Below are positions 46,502-49,865 of a stretch of 49,865 nucleotides of DNA, one piece after another. The notes beneath the pieces were generated by a model. That model made no database searches. It saw only the letters and a list, made by a program, of their open reading frames with translations, and was not told where the DNA came from. Within the stretch, counting starts at the first letter, position 1. Each line of letters opens with the position of its first letter. This stretch comes from Minisyncoccia bacterium (GTDB lineage: Bacteria; Patescibacteriota; Minisyncoccia; SW-4-49-11), in the NCBI GenBank assembly GCA_044356725.1, contig JBIKVS010000008.1:1-49865 (forward strand). The letters are read 5' to 3'. A program made the position numbers and the translations under genes.

Positions 46502-46828
46502 CTAAATAGTGATACTATATCCTTCTTGTAGAGAAACAATAGCTTTTTTATAACTACTGGTTTTTCCCTTTTTACCTCGAACGAATACATTTCTTGGTTT
46601 AATATTAATAACTCTAACTTGAGAAACCTTTACATTATACAACAATTCTACAGCTTTTGCAATCTCTTGTTTATTTGAATCTCGTCCTACTTCAAATGAA
46701 TACTTTCTGTTCTGAAATAAAGAATAACTTTTTTCAGTAATAATAGGCTTTATCAACACTTGATAAGACTCTGTATTATGTCTTAATTCTTGTGTGGATT
46801 CATTCTGAACTTCTTTCTTCTTTGCCAT
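46502..46828 (-). CDS. rplW: 50S ribosomal protein L23
   Basis: PIITEKS, YKKAIVSL. Confidence 0.96.
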   Translation of the reverse strand: MAKKKEVQNESTQELRHNTESYQVLIKPIITEKSYSLFQNRKYSFEVGRDSNKQEIAKAVELLYNVKVSQVRVINIKPRNVFVRGKKGKTSSYKKAIVSLQEGYSITI

Positions 46829-46838
46829 AACTCAACAA

Positions 46839-47468
46839 TTAATTGCTATAAATACTTTTAATACTTTCAACTGAATTAATATCGGTTAAAATCGTATCTG
46901 CTTTCAAAATATCTATTAAATTTAATGAATCAAAAGGAATTAGTGAAACATTAGGGATATTAGAGAAAGATTTCTCAATATTCTTATTTTTTCTATCAAA
47001 TACTACTAGAGTTTTTGTAGAATCTAATTTTAGATTATTCAAAATTGACAAAGCATTTTTAGTCTTCATTTGAGATAGTGCAAAATCATCTAATAGAACA
47101 AACTTATCATTAGCAACTCTTGAGGATAAAGCCATAAATAATGCTTTTCTCTTCATTTTTTTGTTAACTGATATAGAAAAGTTTCTCAAACTAGTAGGAC
47201 CAAATGTTACACCTCCTGTACGCCATATTGGGGACCTAGTTGATCCATGACGAGCTCGCCCAGTACCTTTTTGTTTCCAAGGTTTTTTACCTCCTCCACG
47301 AACCTCAGACCTATCTTTAGTATGAGCTACAGGATAAAGAGTATTAAGAACCTGATATCGATAAACTTGATGTACTAAAGTATCATTGGTACTAAGACCA
47401 AATATTTCAGTAGGCAATTCATATTGCTCTTTTGCTTCCCCCTTAGTATTAACAACTTGAATCTTCAT
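46839..47468 (-). CDS. rplD: 50S ribosomal protein L4
   Basis: KPWKQKGTGRARHGS. Confidence 0.98.
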   Translation of the reverse strand: MKIQVVNTKGEAKEQYELPTEIFGLSTNDTLVHQVYRYQVLNTLYPVAHTKDRSEVRGGGKKPWKQKGTGRARHGSTRSPIWRTGGVTFGPTSLRNFSISVNKKMKRKALFMALSSRVANDKFVLLDDFALSQMKTKNALSILNNLKLDSTKTLVVFDRKNKNIEKSFSNIPNVSLIPFDSLNLIDILKADTILTDINSVESIKSIYSN

Positions 47469-47476
47469 ATAATTAT

Positions 47477-48055
47477 CTAACCAACAATTTGTAACAATCC
47501 ATTATTAGGACCTGTAATCGATCCTTTTAATAATAATTGATTATTCTCTACATCAATATCAACTATTCTGATATTTTTTAGAGTTTGTGTTTTAAAGCCA
47601 TCTCTACCTGGCATCTTACGACCTTTCAAAACATGCTCTGGATACCCAGATCCAATAGATCCTCCAGATCGCTCAGTATGCTTGGTACCATGAGTAGCAT
47701 TAGCTCCTGCAAAATTATGTCTTTTTACAACTCCAGCAAATCCTTTTCCCTTAGAAATTCCTTTTACGGTTAAAATATCACCCACTTGATATTGAGATAT
47801 ATCTAAGGATGCTCCTACCTCTAAACTAGGTAATTCTTTTACTCTTACTTCTTTTACCACTCGTGGGAGTAAAGAGTCTTTGACTTTCTTAGTGTATTTA
47901 GCACCAACTTGAACAGCATTATATCCATTTTTAGCATTTTCGATGAGAGCTTGTACTTTCACATCTGAATATAGTTGAACTTTAGTGACAGGAATTACTT
48001 TATTCCCCTCAAACACTTGAGTCATTCCAATCTTTTTAGCAAACGAAAACTTCAT
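47477..48055 (-). CDS. rplC: 50S ribosomal protein L3
   Basis: KIGMTQVF, SKGKGFAGVVKRH. Confidence 0.97.
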   Translation of the reverse strand: MKFSFAKKIGMTQVFEGNKVIPVTKVQLYSDVKVQALIENAKNGYNAVQVGAKYTKKVKDSLLPRVVKEVRVKELPSLEVGASLDISQYQVGDILTVKGISKGKGFAGVVKRHNFAGANATHGTKHTERSGGSIGSGYPEHVLKGRKMPGRDGFKTQTLKNIRIVDIDVENNQLLLKGSITGPNNGLLQIVG

Positions 48056-48077
48056 ACTTATACTCTCATCTTAACTA

Positions 48078-48410
48078 CTAATTCAAATACTTTATAGATA
48101 TATCTACTCCTACAGGTAAATTCAAATTCATAAGAGCGTCAATAACTTTAGAATTTGGCTCTGCAATATCTATTAATCTTTTATGGACTCTCATCTCGAA
48201 CTGATCTCTAGAGTCTTTATGCACAAAAGTAGATTTTAATACTGTGTACTTTTTAATAGAGGTTGGAAGTGGAATAGGTCCAACAGCATTTGCTCCAAAT
48301 TTTAAAGCAGTATTAATAATTTGCACAGCGGATTGATCAGCAATCTTATAATCATAAGCTTTGATCTTAATCCTGATTATTGACTTGTACTCTTCTTTTT
48401 TAGATGACAT
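48078..48410 (-). CDS. rpsJ: 30S ribosomal protein S10
   Basis: [23 protein letters not shown]. Confidence 0.97.
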   Translation of the reverse strand: MSSKKEEYKSIIRIKIKAYDYKIADQSAVQIINTALKFGANAVGPIPLPTSIKKYTVLKSTFVHKDSRDQFEMRVHKRLIDIAEPNSKVIDALMNLNLPVGVDISIKYLN

Positions 48411-48430
48411 ACCTTTTTCTTACGGAGAAA

Positions 48431-49627
48431 CTACTTAATAATTTTTGTTACAACTCCAGCCCCAACAGTATGACCACCTTCTCTAATAGCAAATCTTTGT
48501 TGATCACTAAGAGCGATAGGAGCTACCAAAGAAACTTTTACAGTAACAGTATCTCCTGGCATAACTAATTCAGCACCTTCAGGCAAAGTAATTTCACCAG
48601 TAACATCGGTAGTTCTGATATAGAATTGAGGCTTATATCCTGATACGAATGGAGTGTGTCGTCCACCTTCTTCCTTAGTCAAAACATATACTTCAGCTTC
48701 AAATTCAGTGTGAGGAGTAATAGAACCTACCTTAGCAAGAACTTGACCTCTCTCAACATCTTCTTTCTTAATACCTCGAAGAAGTAGACCAACATTATCT
48801 CCAGCCATACCTTCGTCAAGAAGCTTCTTGAACATTTCAACTCCAGTAACAACTGTCTTTTGAGTGTCTTTTAGACCTACAATTTCTACTTCAGAGTTTA
48901 CTTTAATAATACCCCTTTCAATTCTTCCAGTTACAACTGTTCCTCTTCCTTCGATTGAGAAGATATCTTCGATTGGCATCAAGAAGTCTTGGTCAATCTC
49001 TCTTACAGGCTCAGGAATAGCTTCATCTAGAGCATCGATAAGATCTAAAATAGGCTTTGCTTCAGCTGAATTAACATCAGTTGCTTCAAGAGCTTTAAGA
49101 GCTGAACCTCTAACGATTCTAGTATTATCACCATCAAAGCTATACTTACTTAATAATTCTCTAACTTCAACTTCTACTAATTCTACTAATTCTTCGTCGT
49201 CAACTTGATCTACTTTATTTAAGAATACAACGATTTGAGGTACTCCAATTTGATTTGCTAACAAAATATGTTCACGAGTTTGAGGCATAGGACCATCAGC
49301 AGCAGACACTACCAAGATAGCTCCATCCATTTGAGCAGCTCCGGTGATCATGTTCTTGATATAGTCAGCATGTCCTGGACAGTCAATATGAGCATAGTGT
49401 CTTGTATCTGATTCATACTCAACATGAGCTACAGCAATAGTAATTCCTCTTGCTTTCTCTTCAGGAGCAGCATCAATTTCATTAACTGCTTTTTTTGTAA
49501 CAACATTACCTCTTAAATTTAATACATTAAGAATAGCTGCTGTTAAAGTGGTCTTACCATGATCAACGTGTCCAATAGTTCCAACGTTTACATGGGGTTT
49601 GTTACGCTCATATTTCTCTGTTGCCAT
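48431..49627 (-). CDS. tuf: Elongation factor Tu
   Basis: [17 protein letters not shown] and NKVD. Confidence 0.99.
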   Translation of the reverse strand: MATEKYERNKPHVNVGTIGHVDHGKTTLTAAILNVLNLRGNVVTKKAVNEIDAAPEEKARGITIAVAHVEYESDTRHYAHIDCPGHADYIKNMITGAAQMDGAILVVSAADGPMPQTREHILLANQIGVPQIVVFLNKVDQVDDEELVELVEVEVRELLSKYSFDGDNTRIVRGSALKALEATDVNSAEAKPILDLIDALDEAIPEPVREIDQDFLMPIEDIFSIEGRGTVVTGRIERGIIKVNSEVEIVGLKDTQKTVVTGVEMFKKLLDEGMAGDNVGLLLRGIKKEDVERGQVLAKVGSITPHTEFEAEVYVLTKEEGGRHTPFVSGYKPQFYIRTTDVTGEITLPEGAELVMPGDTVTVKVSLVAPIALSDQQRFAIREGGHTVGAGVVTKIIK

Positions 49628-49695
49628 AGAAGTGTTATTTAATTATTATTGTTTAACTTAATAAAAGCACGTACGAGTCAAACATACTCTTGCCT

Positions 49696-49760
49696 ATTAT
49701 AAACTATATCTATAATTTAGTCAAGGGTTTGTATAGGACGAATACATTGTGGAAAAATTA
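49696..49760 (-). promoter_or_regulatory. tuf/S10 operon promoter plus 33-bp upstream element
   Basis: TTGACT-17 nt-TATAAT (49724-49696); element 49728-49760 matches 25715-25747. Confidence 0.75.
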
Positions 49761-49865
49761 GAGAGGAAAGAGAAAGGAGATAAATAGTTAAGAGAAGTAT
49801 GAGGACGTTTAGTATTATAATAGTAAATATATTCTATTAAAGATTTGTTAAAATCTTTTAGATTC

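Noticed and set aside
6545-49208. Short antisense ORFs opposite housekeeping genes (for example 8957-9226, 30428-30865, 44726-45106, 48864-49208)
   Set aside because: They overlap well-supported genes on the opposite strand and show no recognisable motifs
1-49865. Alternative genetic code (UGA=Gly, code 25)
   Set aside because: All conserved genes are full length under the standard code

Overview
Low-GC (roughly 30% by eye) bacterial chromosome segment in the standard genetic code. Gene content points to Patescibacteria/CPR: tuf leads directly into the S10-spc ribosomal cluster, rpmD/L30 is missing, most genes lack Shine-Dalgarno sites, and there are CPR-type coiled-coil peptidoglycan hydrolases and large secreted proteins. 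Most of the window is housekeeping (tuf, rpsJ to secY, rpmE-prfA-prmC, rplY, gltX, tRNA-Gln, tgt, recO, rpsP, rluD-like, corA) or surface-polysaccharide synthesis (GT4, Wzy/WaaL-like, Wzz, GT2, rfbB/rfbA/galU). Standout observations: (1) At 131-3320 there are four tandem self-contained transcription units. Each has an AT-rich sigma70 promoter, a GC-enriched ORF with a signal peptide, and its own terminator. Three ORFs are about 55-60% GC and one is intermediate. The GC shift follows the predicted transcript boundaries, and one product looks like an outer-membrane beta-barrel although the lineage is thought to lack an outer membrane. (2) A two-gene module (membrane-anchored Ig-like protein plus secreted FN3/Cys-rich protein with variable N-terminus and conserved C-terminus) is duplicated. 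(3) Two RNase J paralogs sit in tandem, one catalytically degenerate. (4) A 33-bp element lies at the same offset upstream of the rpsP and tuf promoters. (5) GC-rich palindromic repeat clusters carry nested hairpin insertions. (6) TGT lacks its zinc-binding cysteines.
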